Positions 1 to 9,756 are shown, counted from the stretch's first letter. The stretch: DNA of 64,000 nt from an uncultured Candidatus Saccharibacteria bacterium (GCA_947087275.1 CAMUBZ010000003.1:9132-73131), one strand, 5' to 3'. Numbers and translations are program-made. Notes: a model not told the origin generated them from the letters alone.

Positions 1-249
1 TATGGCTTTTTGTTGAACCAAGACATCTGCCGGCAGTGCTACCAAATTTTTAGTGAGGCAAATGACGCTAAGAAGCGCACCGCTGAGGAGCTAAAAACCA
101 GTATCAACTTCTTCGTGGATGGTTTTACCGGGCTGTTAATTAAATATTATCGTCAAGAACTTGATTTAACCTTGGAACAGATAGTGAACTATAGCATGGA
201 GGCGGCAAAAACTCTATTGCCACAAGTGATTGCGCGAGAAAGCGCCTAG
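1..249 (+). CDS. hypothetical protein, C-terminal fragment (gene starts upstream of the window)
   Basis: Frame is open from base 1 to TAG at 247-249. No family recognised. Confidence 0.3.
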   Translation, partial: YGFLLNQDICRQCYQIFSEANDAKKRTAEELKTSINFFVDGFTGLLIKYYRQELDLTLEQIVNYSMEAAKTLLPQVIARESA

Positions 250-1421
250 CGCGAAAGTATCATTAAGTTTTCGATGTGTGGCGTGCGAGGGAAGAAATTG
301 AACGGCATGACGTTAGTAACGTGATACTGCGCAGATAAAATTTTGACGTCACGGGCTTGCGTGGCAGGATTACAGGAGAGATAAATAATAGTAGGTGGGC
401 AAACAGTCAGTAGTTTATCTAATAACTCTGGACGACAGCCAGCGCGCGGTGGATCGAGAATCACGGTTTGGTCGGGCTGGATATATTCTAGGGCTTCTTC
501 GGATTTTGCCCACACAGGAGTAGCGGTGGTCACCCCTTGGCAATTACGTTCCATCTCGCGGTAGGCGGATTTATCACACTCAACTAGGGTTAATTCTTTA
601 TCACGTGCTACAGATAATCCAATAGTGCCAACGCCAGCATAGAGATCAAGGACGTTGGTAGTACTGATATGCTTCTGGATTTCAAGAAGCGCCATCTCGT
701 AGACTGGTAAATTGATTTGAAAGAAGCCATTGGGTGAATAGCTATATTTGTGGCCTAGCAAGTAATCTTCAAGTGGCGTAAACTCGGGATGTGGTTGATG
801 ATTTTCGTAGAGCCCGCCGCTGACTTTGCCACCTTTATCACAACGTAACAGTAGAGACTGATACTTGCGGGCATCAGCCTTCTCCGCATTGAGCTTACCT
901 ACAATGCGCTCCGCTTGGTCCCAAATTTCTTGACGTTCTAGGCTAGACTGAGTAATTGGGATCTTGCGATGCGAACCCCGGCCATGGAATGCAAGATGAA
1001 TCTGCTCGTCCTCGTGGCTGTAGTAGAGTGAATACTCCATTTTGTTACGGTAAAACAGGTCGTGGCCATTAGTCTGCACGAGCGGAACTTCTGGCACTAC
1101 CAAATCATGCTGGCGGAAGATTTCGAGCAGAATTTCGCGCTTCTGCTCAAGCTCATAATCATAGTCCATCATTTGCCAAGGTGAAGTAGCAAGATAGCAT
1201 ACGTCTTGTGGTTGGACACGACGTTCAGAGGTTTGTTCAATCTTAGTAGCAACACCTTCAAGATAGTGACTCTTGTTTTTGGTGAGCTGAAACTCAGTTA
1301 TAACTTCGCCCGGCAAGGCATTCCAGAGCATGGCCTTTTTACCGTCAGCCAATGTGCCGATGGCTTGTCCGCCGGGGATAAGTTTGTCGATTATAACCCG
1401 TTCCGTGATATATTTATTCAT
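246..1421 (-). CDS. class I SAM-dependent RNA (uracil-5-)-methyltransferase, TrmA/RumA (RlmD-like) family
   Basis: Motifs VLDLYAGVGTIGLSVA, ILDPPRAGC and IIYLSCNPATQARD. Start moved to ATG at 1421 (MNKYITERV), which overlaps the upstream stop by 8 nt. Confidence 0.85.
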   Translation of the reverse strand: MNKYITERVIIDKLIPGGQAIGTLADGKKAMLWNALPGEVITEFQLTKNKSHYLEGVATKIEQTSERRVQPQDVCYLATSPWQMMDYDYELEQKREILLEIFRQHDLVVPEVPLVQTNGHDLFYRNKMEYSLYYSHEDEQIHLAFHGRGSHRKIPITQSSLERQEIWDQAERIVGKLNAEKADARKYQSLLLRCDKGGKVSGGLYENHQPHPEFTPLEDYLLGHKYSYSPNGFFQINLPVYEMALLEIQKHISTTNVLDLYAGVGTIGLSVARDKELTLVECDKSAYREMERNCQGVTTATPVWAKSEEALEYIQPDQTVILDPPRAGCRPELLDKLLTVCPPTIIYLSCNPATQARDVKILSAQYHVTNVMPFNFFPRTPHIENLMILSR

Positions 1422-2727
1422 ACCGTAAGGCTTCGATTGGGTTCTTGCGGGCGGCTTTGATAGCCGGTGCAGTACCAGCAATTAGGGCAATAATCATAAT
1501 GATAATCACAATAGGTAAGACATTGCCAACGGTAAACTTGAATAATTCAAAGGTCGGGAAGACTTCGAGGAAGGCGCCAGGTTGGTGTACGGCAAAATTG
1601 ACTGCATTACCAATCAGCATAGCAACGATTACGCCAAAGACTGACCCCCAGAAGCCCAACAGAATGGCCTCGGTGGCAAATTCGGTGAATACGCGGCCAG
1701 AGGACATGCCAAGGGCCTTATCAAGACCGATTTCGCGGGTACGTTCTTCTACGGACATGAGGAGAGTGTTGACGATACCGATGGCTGCCGCTAGGAGCGC
1801 AATCCCGCCAAAGATGCTGAAGACGATCATAATAACGTCAAAGAAAGTCCGAATAACGCCCATCATATCGTTGATGGTCCAAGCGTAGTAGCCAGCATCG
1901 CTGATGGCTTGTTTGATTTCATCTTCAGTGAAGCGTGTATTGTCGAATGTCGCCATGACATAATAAGTAGGTGCCTCGTAATTGGCTGGATAATATTTAG
2001 TAGCGAAAGTATACATTTCATCATAAAGCGCTCGCGAAAGCAACATGCCGAACTGTGATGAGACAATGCCGTTGGCCTCGACACCGACGACTTCAGCCTT
2101 AAATTCCTTGAAAGAGCCGTCAAACTCATCTTTGAGCGCAAAAGTAATGGTTTGGCCAATGATATCTTCGTCTTTTTCGTAACCGAGGGCTTGAGGATAT
2201 TCTGGCGGAAGGACAATTTGGTTCTTTTGCTTGGCTTCCTCGGTCTGATCGACGAGAGTACCAGCGGCAAGTGGGATGTTGAAGTTCCCTGGTGGCAAAA
2301 TCATAGCGCTACCAACATTATATTTTTTATCGGTCTTGCTACTAGTGATATAGCCAGTGCCATTCAGAGGAGTGGGTGAATAAAAGCTATCAGCATCAAT
2401 ACCGTCGATATTTTTGAGAGTTTCGAGATCGGTGTCACTCAAAACGCCAATGGTATTAGTCTTCTCGGTGAATTCCTGAGGGCCAGTGGAGGCGGACATC
2501 TGCTCGCTCATCATAGCCGCAGAGTCTTTGGACATCAACATAATGAAATTGTCACCACCAAGCGCCGCGGTCTGCTCGTCAATGAAGGCGTTGACACCGC
2601 TATTGATGGCAACATTAAGGATAATTGTGAAACTACCGACAAAAATCGCAAGAATGGTGAGGAAAGTGCGCACCTTATTGCGAAATAGGTTGTGATTGGC
2701 AGTACGTAAAGTCTCAAAAAAGCGCAT
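1414..2727 (-). CDS. ABC transporter permease, FtsX/MacB-like
   Basis: N-terminal TM helix, large periplasmic insert and C-terminal FtsX-type 3-TM bundle. Translationally coupled to the ATPase gene. Confidence 0.8.
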   Translation of the reverse strand: MRFFETLRTANHNLFRNKVRTFLTILAIFVGSFTIILNVAINSGVNAFIDEQTAALGGDNFIMLMSKDSAAMMSEQMSASTGPQEFTEKTNTIGVLSDTDLETLKNIDGIDADSFYSPTPLNGTGYITSSKTDKKYNVGSAMILPPGNFNIPLAAGTLVDQTEEAKQKNQIVLPPEYPQALGYEKDEDIIGQTITFALKDEFDGSFKEFKAEVVGVEANGIVSSQFGMLLSRALYDEMYTFATKYYPANYEAPTYYVMATFDNTRFTEDEIKQAISDAGYYAWTINDMMGVIRTFFDVIMIVFSIFGGIALLAAAIGIVNTLLMSVEERTREIGLDKALGMSSGRVFTEFATEAILLGFWGSVFGVIVAMLIGNAVNFAVHQPGAFLEVFPTFELFKFTVGNVLPIVIIIMIIALIAGTAPAIKAARKNPIEALRYE

Positions 2728-3476
2728 TATTTGGTTCCTTTCTTGGTTTTGGTCTCTTTGGCTATTTTAGTAGTTTTAGCTTTGACGGCTTTGGTGCCGG
2801 TATCTTCTACAATCTTGCCGTCAGAAATACGGATTTGCCGGTCACAAAGTTTGGCCAAATCTTCGTCATGAGTAACAATGATGAGCGTAACGTGCTTCTT
2901 GCGATTGAGGTCAAAGAGTAATTTGATAACTTTATCACCAGTAGCAGAATCTAGGTTACCTGTGGGCTCATCGGCAAAGAGGATTTTGGGATTATTGACA
3001 ATAGCACGGGCAATACAAACGCGTTGCTTTTGCCCGCCGGAGAGGTCGTTGGCCTTAAACTTGACGCGCTCAGAAAGACCAACAGTCTTGAGGGCTTTCT
3101 CGGCCAACTCATGGCGTTCTTTGCGGCGAGTACCAGCGATCTTGAGTGGCAGAGTGACGTTCTGCAAGACGCTGTCATTAGGGTTCATAAAGAACTGCTG
3201 AAAAACAAAACCAAAACTACGATTGCGCAACTGGTTAAGTTTGCGTGCTTTGAGCTTGGTAGATTCTACGCCATCAACTTCAATGGTACCCTTAGTAGGC
3301 TTATCGAGGAGCGCCAGCAAGTGCATAAGAGTCGACTTGCCTGAGCCGGATTTACCCACGATAGCGACCGATTCGCCAGCGTTGATGGTAAGGTTGATAT
3401 TTTTGAGTGCAGTAAACGCATTGGAACGCTTGCCGTAGACTTTTGTAAGATTTTTGACTTCAATAACTGGGTTCAT
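2727..3476 (-). CDS. ABC transporter ATP-binding protein (MacB/LolD-like)
   Basis: Walker A GKSGSGKST, signature LSGGQKQR, Walker B LFADEPTGNLD. Start set to ATG at 3476, preceded by TGGTATAAT-N6. Confidence 0.9.
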   Translation of the reverse strand: MNPVIEVKNLTKVYGKRSNAFTALKNINLTINAGESVAIVGKSGSGKSTLMHLLALLDKPTKGTIEVDGVESTKLKARKLNQLRNRSFGFVFQQFFMNPNDSVLQNVTLPLKIAGTRRKERHELAEKALKTVGLSERVKFKANDLSGGQKQRVCIARAIVNNPKILFADEPTGNLDSATGDKVIKLLFDLNRKKHVTLIIVTHDEDLAKLCDRQIRISDGKIVEDTGTKAVKAKTTKIAKETKTKKGTK

Positions 3477-3482
3477 CTTACT

Positions 3483-3491
3483 ATTATACCA
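3483..3491 (-). promoter_or_regulatory. extended -10 box (TGGTATAAT) 6 nt upstream of the ATG at 3476; candidate leaderless promoter
   Basis: Minus strand reads TGGTATAATAGTAAGATG. Confidence 0.45.
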
Positions 3492-3504
3492 TGGTTCAGC
3501 GAGG

Positions 3505-4866
3505 CTATTTGGCATATTGCCAAACTTGACCTTCAGGCGTATCCAGAACTTTGATATTTTGCATGATCAGTTGGTCACGCAATTCATCGGACCGAGCAAA
3601 ATCTTTGGCGGCACGGGCTTGAGCACGCTCTTCTAGAAGTGATATCTGCTCAGCGGTGATATTAGGAGAATCCTGAATTAAATTGAGGCCAAAGACTTCA
3701 TCAACTTGCTTCCAGAAATCCAGGCTACATTTTTCGGCTTGGTCGATGATTGCAAAGGCTTGAGAAGAATTAAGATTGTCATTTAGGGCAGCCTTGATAT
3801 TTGCTAGGACTTCTGCGCTGTCAATGGAATCGTGTTTTTGATAAGCGCGGGCAACTTGATTACGCCAACTGAGCCGCCGGCTACGTGCGGCATCTAGATC
3901 TTGCAAAGTAAAGTTGCGCTCGGATTGGTAATTCCCTTGCAGCACCCACATCTTGAAGTCCATCGGACTATAGCCTTTATCAACCAAATCTTGAATCGTA
4001 TAGCCGTTACCAAGCGACTTGGATATTTTTTCGCCATCGCTAGTAAGATGATTACAGTGCAGCCAATATCTAGACAATTGTTTGTCAAAGGCAGCCAAGG
4101 TCTGAGCGATTTCGTTAGTATGATGTACTGGAATATGGTCAATGCCGCCGGTGTGAATATCGATTGGCTCGCCAAGTTCGGTATGAATAATGGTAGAGCA
4201 TTCGAGATGCCAGCCAGGATAGCCAGGGCGATTAAGATAATCCCAGCGCATGGCATGTTTCTCGCCGGGTTGAATAAATTTCCAGACAGCAAAGTCGCTG
4301 ATGTTACGCTTCTCAGAAGAAAACTCCACGCGGGCGCCCGCTTGCAACTGGTCTAAATCTAGGCGAGCAAAATCAGCATAAGTCGGCAACTTACTGGTAT
4401 CAAAATAAATGCCATCGGAAGTCTCATAGGTATAACCATTCTCAATAAGTTTATTAACTAGCGCCTTATCCTCCTCAATATAATCGGTAGCCTTCGCGGT
4501 GACGTCAGGCGGAGTGAGGTTGAGAGCCTTATAATCCTGCACGAAAAGATTAGTGTAATATTCGGCGACTTCCCACACAGTTTTGCCACTTTGGCGGGCA
4601 CCCTTTTCTAATTTATCTTCGCCCTCATCACCATCAGACGTGAGATGGCCGACATCAGTCAAGTTGAGCACGCGATAAGGCGTATAGCCATTCAGCTTGA
4701 GTGTGCGGATCAGCAAGTCCCAGTAGATATAAGCAGCAAAATTGCCAATGTGTGGCGTACTATAGACGGTAGGCCCGCAAGTGTAAATCTTGACCTTGTT
4801 GGGGTCTTGTGGTCGGAATTCTTCAACTTTGCGCGTGAGCGTGTTGTAGAGTTTGATTTTGTTCAT
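3505..4866 (-). CDS. cysS: cysteine--tRNA ligase
   Basis: HIGH-type motif PHIGNFAAY and KMSKS-type motif KISKSLGN. Length is typical of class I CysRS. Confidence 0.93.
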   Translation of the reverse strand: MNKIKLYNTLTRKVEEFRPQDPNKVKIYTCGPTVYSTPHIGNFAAYIYWDLLIRTLKLNGYTPYRVLNLTDVGHLTSDGDEGEDKLEKGARQSGKTVWEVAEYYTNLFVQDYKALNLTPPDVTAKATDYIEEDKALVNKLIENGYTYETSDGIYFDTSKLPTYADFARLDLDQLQAGARVEFSSEKRNISDFAVWKFIQPGEKHAMRWDYLNRPGYPGWHLECSTIIHTELGEPIDIHTGGIDHIPVHHTNEIAQTLAAFDKQLSRYWLHCNHLTSDGEKISKSLGNGYTIQDLVDKGYSPMDFKMWVLQGNYQSERNFTLQDLDAARSRRLSWRNQVARAYQKHDSIDSAEVLANIKAALNDNLNSSQAFAIIDQAEKCSLDFWKQVDEVFGLNLIQDSPNITAEQISLLEERAQARAAKDFARSDELRDQLIMQNIKVLDTPEGQVWQYAK

Positions 4867-4867
4867 C

Positions 4868-5722
4868 TTAGAGTCCCTTTTCCCGTATAATACGCTTGAG
4901 TTCGATTAACATTTTGTTACGTTTTTGTGCAGAAACGTCATGATGCCCGATAACGCTCACAAAACGGACGTGAGGGTTATTTGTGGCAATCTTTTTGAGG
5001 TTAGAACGCATCACGAGCGGGTCAAAATGCCCATGAATAATCAACGTAGGGAGTTTAATTTTGGTGTAAGTTTTGTAATTATGTGAGTTGAGAATAATGT
5101 TATCCATTGAACGGTCAAAAGCCGGGGTTTTGATATATTGACTACTAAAACTGCTGAAGCGCTGCACAAAATTCGCTACTACCTCGATAGCGGGCTCATC
5201 CTTAGCCAGTTTATAAAGTGAGCCGTAGGATTTGGTGTAGACTTTGTCGGGGAGTTTAGCTAGTTCCTCAGACATCAAAACGGGAGGCGATACAAGAATT
5301 AGACCAGCAATGTCAAAGGCTGACTGAAAATTCACGGTAAAATCTGCTGCAATGAGTGAACCCATAGAATGTCCAACTAAGACTACTGGGCTCGTAATTT
5401 TGAGTTTTTTGAGAGAGTTCTCGAGGGCTTTTTCGTAATCAAGATAGTCATAATCTAGCCAATTAGATTGTAGTGACTTACCGAATCCTAACAAATCTAG
5501 TGCCACCATGCGCACGCCCTTGAGATCGGGGTTTGCCGAAAACTGGCGAATCGTGGTGCGCCAAGTCTCTGATGTCGCCGAAATGCCATGCAAAAAAACT
5601 ACCGTGAGACGAGGATGTTTGACTTTATTGTCGAGAGCAACTTTGAGGCGAATAGGGCGGCGCAACCAGCGGTGCCAGATACGCGTGCGCCAGTTGTAGA
5701 ACTTACTTAGCGCTCGTGGCAT
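4868..5722 (-). CDS. alpha/beta hydrolase fold protein
   Basis: Nucleophile elbow GHSMGS. Overall layout matches the alpha/beta hydrolase fold. Confidence 0.7.
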   Translation of the reverse strand: MPRALSKFYNWRTRIWHRWLRRPIRLKVALDNKVKHPRLTVVFLHGISATSETWRTTIRQFSANPDLKGVRMVALDLLGFGKSLQSNWLDYDYLDYEKALENSLKKLKITSPVVLVGHSMGSLIAADFTVNFQSAFDIAGLILVSPPVLMSEELAKLPDKVYTKSYGSLYKLAKDEPAIEVVANFVQRFSSFSSQYIKTPAFDRSMDNIILNSHNYKTYTKIKLPTLIIHGHFDPLVMRSNLKKIATNNPHVRFVSVIGHHDVSAQKRNKMLIELKRIIREKGL

Positions 5723-6726
5723 CAGGCTTGCTCCGTTTCGGCCTGTGCGATCGCGGCTTGCTCGAGTAACTGTGGCAAAATCTTGATGACGTCCGCCACC
5801 ACATCGGTATATTCAATGTCATAAGTACGGAAGCCAGCGGCAAAAGGGTGCCCGCCACCACCAAAATAACCCGCGATTTGATCAGCAATCGGCTCGCTGG
5901 TGCGCACTTTGCCAGTAACTTTGCCATCAGGATAGGTTTTGACGGCGATTGCAGCAACTACACCTTCCACCAAACGCATTTCTTCAAGAATGAGGACGTT
6001 GGGGTTGTATTCATCAGAATACTGCTGGATTTCTTCAAACGGGATGTGAATGGTGGCTAGCTGATTGTCCAAAGAATATTCAATACGTTTGATAAGGTCA
6101 GCTTTGTAATCCAAAATTCGAGGAGATTTTTTCATGAAATCACGCCGACGTTCTTCTAGCTCGGCTGGGCTCACGCCCAAGTCAATCAAACCAGCCATAG
6201 TGCGCATGGTGTCTGCCGTGACAGAGGCGCTAACGAGGCCAAGAGTATCAGAAGAAATCCCAGCATAAATCGCTTCGGCGGCGGGGCGTGGAATGTCTAA
6301 CTTTTGGTCGATGGCAATTTTGTAGATGAGTTCGGTGCATGCTGGCAAAGTCTCGATGATGGACTCGTGTGGAAACTCCAAATCATCCTCGGTTTCGTGA
6401 TGATCAAGGACTAATACGGGCTTGCCGTAGAGCGAATTACGGATGGCAGCATCATCTAACAATTTGGATAGCAAAATGCTAGCGGCTGTATCAACAATAA
6501 TATAAGCGTCGGCTTTGTAATCAAATTCATTAGTGACGCGCGACCAATCCGGAAAATAGCGCAAATATTTGGGAATGTCGACTGGGCAATATAGATGGTC
6601 CTCAGTGTCCTGCAAGATATAATCTAGAGCAATTGCAGAGCCTAAAGAATCGCCGTCAGGGTTTTCGGCCTGAATAATGCAGATGCGATTTTTGCCATTC
6701 AAAAAAGTCGTAAACTTGTCGTACAT
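5722..6726 (-). CDS. DHH/DHHA1 family phosphoesterase (NrnA-like oligoribonuclease / pAp phosphatase)
   Basis: Motifs DGDSLGS, DHHE and GGGHPFAAG. Start set to ATG at 6726, preceded by TGGTATAAT-N6. Confidence 0.8.
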   Translation of the reverse strand: MYDKFTTFLNGKNRICIIQAENPDGDSLGSAIALDYILQDTEDHLYCPVDIPKYLRYFPDWSRVTNEFDYKADAYIIVDTAASILLSKLLDDAAIRNSLYGKPVLVLDHHETEDDLEFPHESIIETLPACTELIYKIAIDQKLDIPRPAAEAIYAGISSDTLGLVSASVTADTMRTMAGLIDLGVSPAELEERRRDFMKKSPRILDYKADLIKRIEYSLDNQLATIHIPFEEIQQYSDEYNPNVLILEEMRLVEGVVAAIAVKTYPDGKVTGKVRTSEPIADQIAGYFGGGGHPFAAGFRTYDIEYTDVVADVIKILPQLLEQAAIAQAETEQA

Positions 6727-6732
6727 AGTACT

Positions 6733-6741
6733 ATTATACCA
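6733..6741 (-). promoter_or_regulatory. extended -10 box (TGGTATAAT) 6 nt upstream of the ATG at 6726; candidate leaderless promoter
   Basis: Minus strand reads TGGTATAATAGTACTATG, nearly identical to the element at 3483-3491. Confidence 0.45.
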
Positions 6742-6742
6742 C

Positions 6743-6884
6743 AGAAGTCTAAATAGTTTCCCAGACACGGAGTTCTTCCGGCCTGTCGTTACAGGCGGAC
6801 GCCTCCTCTTCCTCGGCACGTGTCGACAAATCTTCGAGTTTGTCGACTGCCTGCGGAATGGTCTGAAAAACTATTTAGACTTCT
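6743..6884 (-). ncRNA. structured GC-rich intergenic RNA candidate E1 (unknown family)
   Basis: A perfect 17-bp closing stem (6743-6759 with 6868-6884) and CAGAC/GTCTG enclose hairpins at 6781-6796 and 6822-6847. It shares a core hairpin with E2 at 13991-14107. Confidence 0.45.
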
Positions 6885-7563
6885 CTTGCATATTAGTATG
6901 ATGTCGTTGACTGGGCTGTTTATTGGGGAAAGCCTTTTCCAAACGGTTGTTTAACTTCTTTTTAACTTTGTTATTATTGCCAGCCAGAACTTTTTGGACG
7001 CGTCGAGAAATCTCCTCAGTGGCATCAGGCTGGGTAGCGCCAACCGTAACGCGCACACCTAAAATCAGCCATAGAGAAAGTAAGATATCACAAACCAGCC
7101 AAGCAAATAAAATACCTGCCGCCAAAAGTAAGAGTGGCGAGTAAAGGCTATCAAACAGGTTGTAGAAGAAAGGTGTAGTAACTTCAACAATTAAAATACC
7201 AGCCAAACCGAAGGACAAGACCGAGCTCATACAAATACGTCCGTTGATGTTGACGGACTTCTCGGAATAGTCCCACCAACGGACGCGAAATAGCTTTTCC
7301 ATAATGAAACTAGCACTGTATTCCAAAACGGCTCCTCCAACCAACGCTACGCAAAAAATGGCAAGAGGACTCTCGGCTTGATTGAGCAAAAGCGAGATAA
7401 GCACGGCGCCAGTACCATAAATCGGACAAATTGGCCCAACTAGAAAACCCCGATTAACAAACTTTTTGTGGTTGATAAGACTAATACAAACTTCCATCAA
7501 CCAGCCAGCAAAAGAATAAAGCATAAATAATAAGAACCAAATTGCAATTTTTTCAAGCATCAT
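6871..7563 (-). CDS. multi-pass membrane protein, PF06541-like (putative ABC-transporter type IV / CmpB-like)
   Basis: N-terminal YSFAGWLMEV and RGFLVGPICPIYGTG motifs; about 6 TM helices. Confidence 0.55.
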   Translation of the reverse strand: MMLEKIAIWFLLFMLYSFAGWLMEVCISLINHKKFVNRGFLVGPICPIYGTGAVLISLLLNQAESPLAIFCVALVGGAVLEYSASFIMEKLFRVRWWDYSEKSVNINGRICMSSVLSFGLAGILIVEVTTPFFYNLFDSLYSPLLLLAAGILFAWLVCDILLSLWLILGVRVTVGATQPDATEEISRRVQKVLAGNNNKVKKKLNNRLEKAFPNKQPSQRHHTNMQEKSK

Positions 7564-8713
7564 CTACCTCTATCTTTCCGATTAAATTTGTGCTTTCTGC
7601 TTCGGGTAAAGTTTCGACATTCTTGAGTTTGCGTTCAATCTGGCGTGAGGCAGTCTCGGCATCGCTAATCTTGTTGGCGGTTTCTTGAAGTTTTTTCTTG
7701 GTGGCGGCAAGCAAATCGCCAAACTTAGAGAATTGGGATTTGACAGCGCCAAGGGTTTGCCAAACTTCGGCCGAACGTTTTTCGATGGCGACGCTGCGGA
7801 ATCCCATGGTGAGGCCAGACAAAATCATCGGGAGCGTGGACGGCGAGGCAAGAGCAACATTGTACTTTTGGCGAATCTCGTCGGACAGACCAGGTATACG
7901 CAGAATCTCTGCATAAAGACTTTCGGTGGGGACAAACATCACGCCAAAATCCGTGGTAGCAGGTGGGTCAAGATATTTAGTAGAGATTTTCTTGGCCTGT
8001 TCTTTGACGTCCACAGTCAAAGCCTTGCGAAATTGCTCGATTTCGGCTTTCTCGCCATGATCATAGGCATTAAGCAAACGAGCATAATTTTCGACCGGAA
8101 ACTTGGAATCGATCGGTAGAAAAACCAGCTTTTCTTCTCTGCCTGGCATTTTGATGGCAAATTCTACCCGGTCGCTGCTGCCAGACTTAGTAATAACATT
8201 CTCTTGATATTGATCCGGCGAAAGACAATCGGAAATAATATTGCCAAGCTGAACCTCACCGTAAATCCCGCGAGTTTTGACGCCCTCCATGACCTTTTTG
8301 AGGTCGCCAACGCCATGGGCGAGGTTGCGCATCTCGCCCAGACCCTGATAAACCTGCGTTAATTGCCCAGAAATAGTTTTGAAACTCTCATTAAAACGTT
8401 GTTCAACCGATTTCTGCAGTTTTTCATCAACGGTCTGGCGCATTTCCTCCAACTTCTTGGAGTTGTCGTCTTGCAGGCTCTTGACACGACTATCTACGGT
8501 GCGCTGAATGCCTTGGAGGTTATCCGAGATTTCCTTACGATTCTCGCGGAATTCACCTTCGATTTTGGGAGCCAGTTTGTCGAGTTCGCCCTCGACGCGG
8601 ATGAGGCGCTCTTCGAGACGTGAAGTATCAACTCGTGCCACAGGCTTGCGTATAAGAAGCATCAGAAGCAGGACGACGATAACAATACCCAGTATGACCA
8701 GAATGATATCCAT
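7553..8713 (-). CDS. rmuC: DNA recombination protein RmuC
   Basis: N-terminal TM helix, long coiled coil and a C-terminal RmuC nuclease-like domain (FVPTESLYAE). Start set to ATG at 8713; the upstream MCYNTL codons are the promoter TGCTATAAT. Confidence 0.8.
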   Translation of the reverse strand: MDIILVILGIVIVVLLLMLLIRKPVARVDTSRLEERLIRVEGELDKLAPKIEGEFRENRKEISDNLQGIQRTVDSRVKSLQDDNSKKLEEMRQTVDEKLQKSVEQRFNESFKTISGQLTQVYQGLGEMRNLAHGVGDLKKVMEGVKTRGIYGEVQLGNIISDCLSPDQYQENVITKSGSSDRVEFAIKMPGREEKLVFLPIDSKFPVENYARLLNAYDHGEKAEIEQFRKALTVDVKEQAKKISTKYLDPPATTDFGVMFVPTESLYAEILRIPGLSDEIRQKYNVALASPSTLPMILSGLTMGFRSVAIEKRSAEVWQTLGAVKSQFSKFGDLLAATKKKLQETANKISDAETASRQIERKLKNVETLPEAESTNLIGKIEVDDA

Positions 8714-8719
8714 AAGAGT

Positions 8720-8728
8720 ATTATAGCA
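8720..8728 (-). promoter_or_regulatory. extended -10 box (TGCTATAAT) 6 nt upstream of the ATG at 8713; candidate leaderless promoter
   Basis: Minus strand reads TGCTATAATACTCTTATG. Confidence 0.45.
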
Positions 8729-8732
8729 CACT

Positions 8733-9152
8733 CTAATATACTACAAACTCTTCGCTTTTTAGATCACAATAGTATCTACCTCTTTCCGCCGTAAACCTCA
8801 ATACGCAATAATCGGGGTCGGTTTTGCCACCTTTGTAAAACAAAGTGTCACCCTTCCGCCAGAGTTTATTTTTTGTTGCTTGGTCAGTCAGAACTTCCAT
8901 TTTTCCAACTAACATTACGCCCTCGTATTTTATTAAGCCCTTGCGATAAAAATAAATACTGGCACTCGGATTTTGAAGATATTGCTGGGTGCGCATCGCA
9001 GAAGTATTAGTAGAAAAGTAAAATTCCCTCAAACCATTGTGCTGGCGCGGTTTTAACATCGCTTTGATATTCGGAAAGCCGTTTTCGTCCACTGAGCCAA
9101 TAAGGCTTACCTTGCGTTTTTCTATAAATCTTTCTAGCCGTTTTAAGTCCAT
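8733..9152 (-). CDS. pyridoxamine 5'-phosphate oxidase family protein (general stress protein 26-like)
   Basis: Size and sequence pattern of the split-barrel FMN-binding family (SLIGSVDENGFPNIKAM ... DPDYCVLRF). Confidence 0.6.
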   Translation of the reverse strand: MDLKRLERFIEKRKVSLIGSVDENGFPNIKAMLKPRQHNGLREFYFSTNTSAMRTQQYLQNPSASIYFYRKGLIKYEGVMLVGKMEVLTDQATKNKLWRKGDTLFYKGGKTDPDYCVLRFTAERGRYYCDLKSEEFVVY

Positions 9153-9153
9153 A

Positions 9154-9696
9154 TTATTTCTCGCAATTCTTCTTGTGGGCTTTGAGTTTTTTCATTGCCC
9201 AGTCGTAATGACTTGGCATTACGGAAATAAAATAACTACCGAGATTAGTCGTGCCAGTCCAGTCGTAAAAACCTTTTTCAAAAAGTTCTTGGTCGGTAAA
9301 ATTGTCAACCAATTCTAATACATCAGCGTGTGACTGCTCAAACATTTTGCGCGCATCGGCTTCGCTGGTATCTTGATGCTTTTCCCAAAGCATCATATTC
9401 ATATCACCGTAAGTTTTCCAAGTGTAGGGTTTTAGCAGGAACTGTTTGTCCAATTTCTTCTCTACATTATTTTTCGCAAAATCTAGCATCATCTGATGCC
9501 ACTCATACAAATGGATATAAATATCTCGCACATTCTTATCACGACCCCAGTGGCGCTCGGTTTTCTTGGGGTCGCCCCGGAAATCAAACTTAGTGGATTT
9601 CTCCGCTTCACTCATATTATCTATCATATCAAGTAATTTTTGGTAGTTTTCGGTGGCGGCTTTTTGTAATTCGGCTTTGCTTTTGGCTCGGGGCAT
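9154..9696 (-). CDS. ClbS/DfsB family four-helix bundle protein
   Basis: N-terminal KAELQKA..NYQKLL and RDKNVRDIYIHLYEWH motifs typical of DUF1706/ClbS. Confidence 0.7.
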   Translation of the reverse strand: MPRAKSKAELQKAATENYQKLLDMIDNMSEAEKSTKFDFRGDPKKTERHWGRDKNVRDIYIHLYEWHQMMLDFAKNNVEKKLDKQFLLKPYTWKTYGDMNMMLWEKHQDTSEADARKMFEQSHADVLELVDNFTDQELFEKGFYDWTGTTNLGSYFISVMPSHYDWAMKKLKAHKKNCEK

Positions 9697-9756
9697 AAGA
9701 ATCTTTCTATAATTATGATTTGTCCTGATTTTATTATATCATCTACCGACTTTCCC

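Noticed and set aside
6743-6884. SRP (4.5S) RNA, because the minus strand contains CAGGCCGGAAGAAC with a GGAA loop inside a long hairpin.
   Set aside because: The highly conserved helix 8 sequence (GGAAGCAGC on the 3' side and the matching 5' AGG/GGUG context) is absent. E2 shares the hairpin but has no GNRA loop there. I also saw no match to the conserved blocks of RNase P, tmRNA, 6S RNA or common riboswitches, but only an Infernal scan can settle this.
8714-8731. ORF starts reading MCYN... at 8731, 19712 and 55903, and other N-terminal extensions (1481, 3515, 6819, 25423, 28898, 29551, 34202, 49235).
   Set aside because: The MCYN codons are the promoter sequence ATGTGCTAYAAT. In the other cases an internal start with a proper SD or a -10-N6 context, or an abutting upstream stop codon, fits better.
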